Source of the DNA: Callorhinchus milii
Taxonomy: Eukaryota
Direction: 5' to 3'
DNA length: 64,000 nucleotides
NCBI RefSeq assembly: GCF_018977255.1
Contig: NW_024704743.1
Span: 59,956,001-60,020,000 of the forward strand
The position numbers were made by a program, and so were the translations under genes. The notes below the pieces were generated by a model. That model searched no databases and was not told where the DNA came from. It was given only the letters and a program-made list of their open reading frames with translations. Positions 62,983-64,000 of this stretch are shown here, one piece after another; the first letter of the stretch is position 1, and each line of letters opens with the position of its first letter.

Positions 62983-63159
62983 CTGCCAAAAAAAAACAAA
63001 TGTGAGATCCATTTCTTCAGTTCTATGATAGCACCAACAGTGATGGGGGAAGAGAAGAGGCACCCTCACTGCATCTTAGTGTAGGATGTATTTGATGATG
63101 TAAGTTGCATTAAAGCCAACTGAGCTTCCAACTACATTGTCAGATGAGCCAGGTATCAA

Positions 63160-63560
63160 TCTGGCTCAGAAGGTAGCAATATTGCCTTTAAGTCAGAAAG
63201 TTATGACTTCAGATCCCATGTTAGGACTTTGAGTTCATCGTCTGATACTCCACTATTGTGGTGGGGGATGCTGCATTGCTGACGGTGTTGACCTTTAGAT
63301 GAAATGTAAAACTAAAGTCATGTCTGCCTGTTCAGGTGGATGATAAAGATAAACGATTTCACCTGATTTCCTGACCAACAATCCCTCAAAACAAAATTGG
63401 TCATTCACTTCATTGGCTGTTTTGGGGTCATTGTTGTGTACAAATAGGCTTCCAGAGCTTCTTGCTGATGCACAATCACTACACTTTATAGAATTTTCCT
63501 ACGAAGCACTTTATTGAGATGTTATGAGTGGTAAATCAAATGGAAGATTCTAATATTATT
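63160..63560 (+). mobile_element. SacSINE1-like Deu-domain SINE
   Basis: Same family motifs as 53748. Confidence 0.7.
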
Positions 63561-64000
63561 ATGATAGAAGATAACAACATTTAAAAATAATTGGATAAAT
63601 GTTAGAAAATGAAGAATTTAACAAAGTACAAAGAAAAAGCAGGCAATTGGGATTAGAGTAGTTAGCTTCAGTGATGAGCACCAGCTTCACTCCCCTCCAA
63701 ACAGAAATATTGTTTCCCTGCCTAGAACTGCCTTATATCCCAGTATAATATTCACTGAGAGTATCTAGTTCATGTACAGCTGTTAGCAGCAAGGTTGATC
63801 AAGGGCTAGGAAGCATTTCAAGGGCATCTAATTATAAATCAAAATGGGTTATTTTAAGCCTATATAATTTACATAATTTCGGTTCAGTTGGAAGCACTCT
63901 CTCCTTTGGGATGACAATTGATGTTTCAAGCCCCATCTGGGATTTGAGCTCACAGTCTAGCCTGATGTTCCAGTTGTACTAGGAGAGCACTGCAGTTTGT

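Overview
This is vertebrate nuclear DNA, most likely from a cartilaginous fish (inferred from Deu-domain/SacSINE1-like SINEs and a dense L2-like LINE family). Three protein-coding genes are supported by GT-AG exons that splice in frame. (1) DLX5 coding exon 1 and promoter on the minus strand (1340-1673); the rest of the gene lies left of the window. (2) A complete 11-exon pyruvate dehydrogenase kinase on the plus strand (23638-49859; 1218 nt CDS, 405 aa), best called PDK4 from exon lengths and ASB4/DLX5 synteny, although many residues are PDK2-like. (3) The last three coding exons of ASB4 on the minus strand (59160-62982). The remainder is introns and intergenic DNA full of truncated L2-like LINEs, two SINE families sharing the LINE 3' tail, CR1 remnants, a hAT non-autonomous element and a 2.6 kb C-rich double minisatellite in PDK4 intron 1. 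I found no clear new multi-gene system. The most notable observations are: an 8-bp-stem hairpin in the LINE RNA where independent copies truncate, delete or join a SINE head; a tandem-duplicated, dead ASB4 exon split by a LINE with an 8-bp target-site duplication; head-to-head DLX5-PDK4 adjacency resembling the DLX2-PDK1 and DLX3-PDK2 paralogons; a Met-Ser-Ala uORF in the DLX5 leader; and a 155-bp hairpin inside an intronic hAT element. Repeat boundaries are approximate (read by eye). Comparisons to human genes are from recall and need database confirmation.
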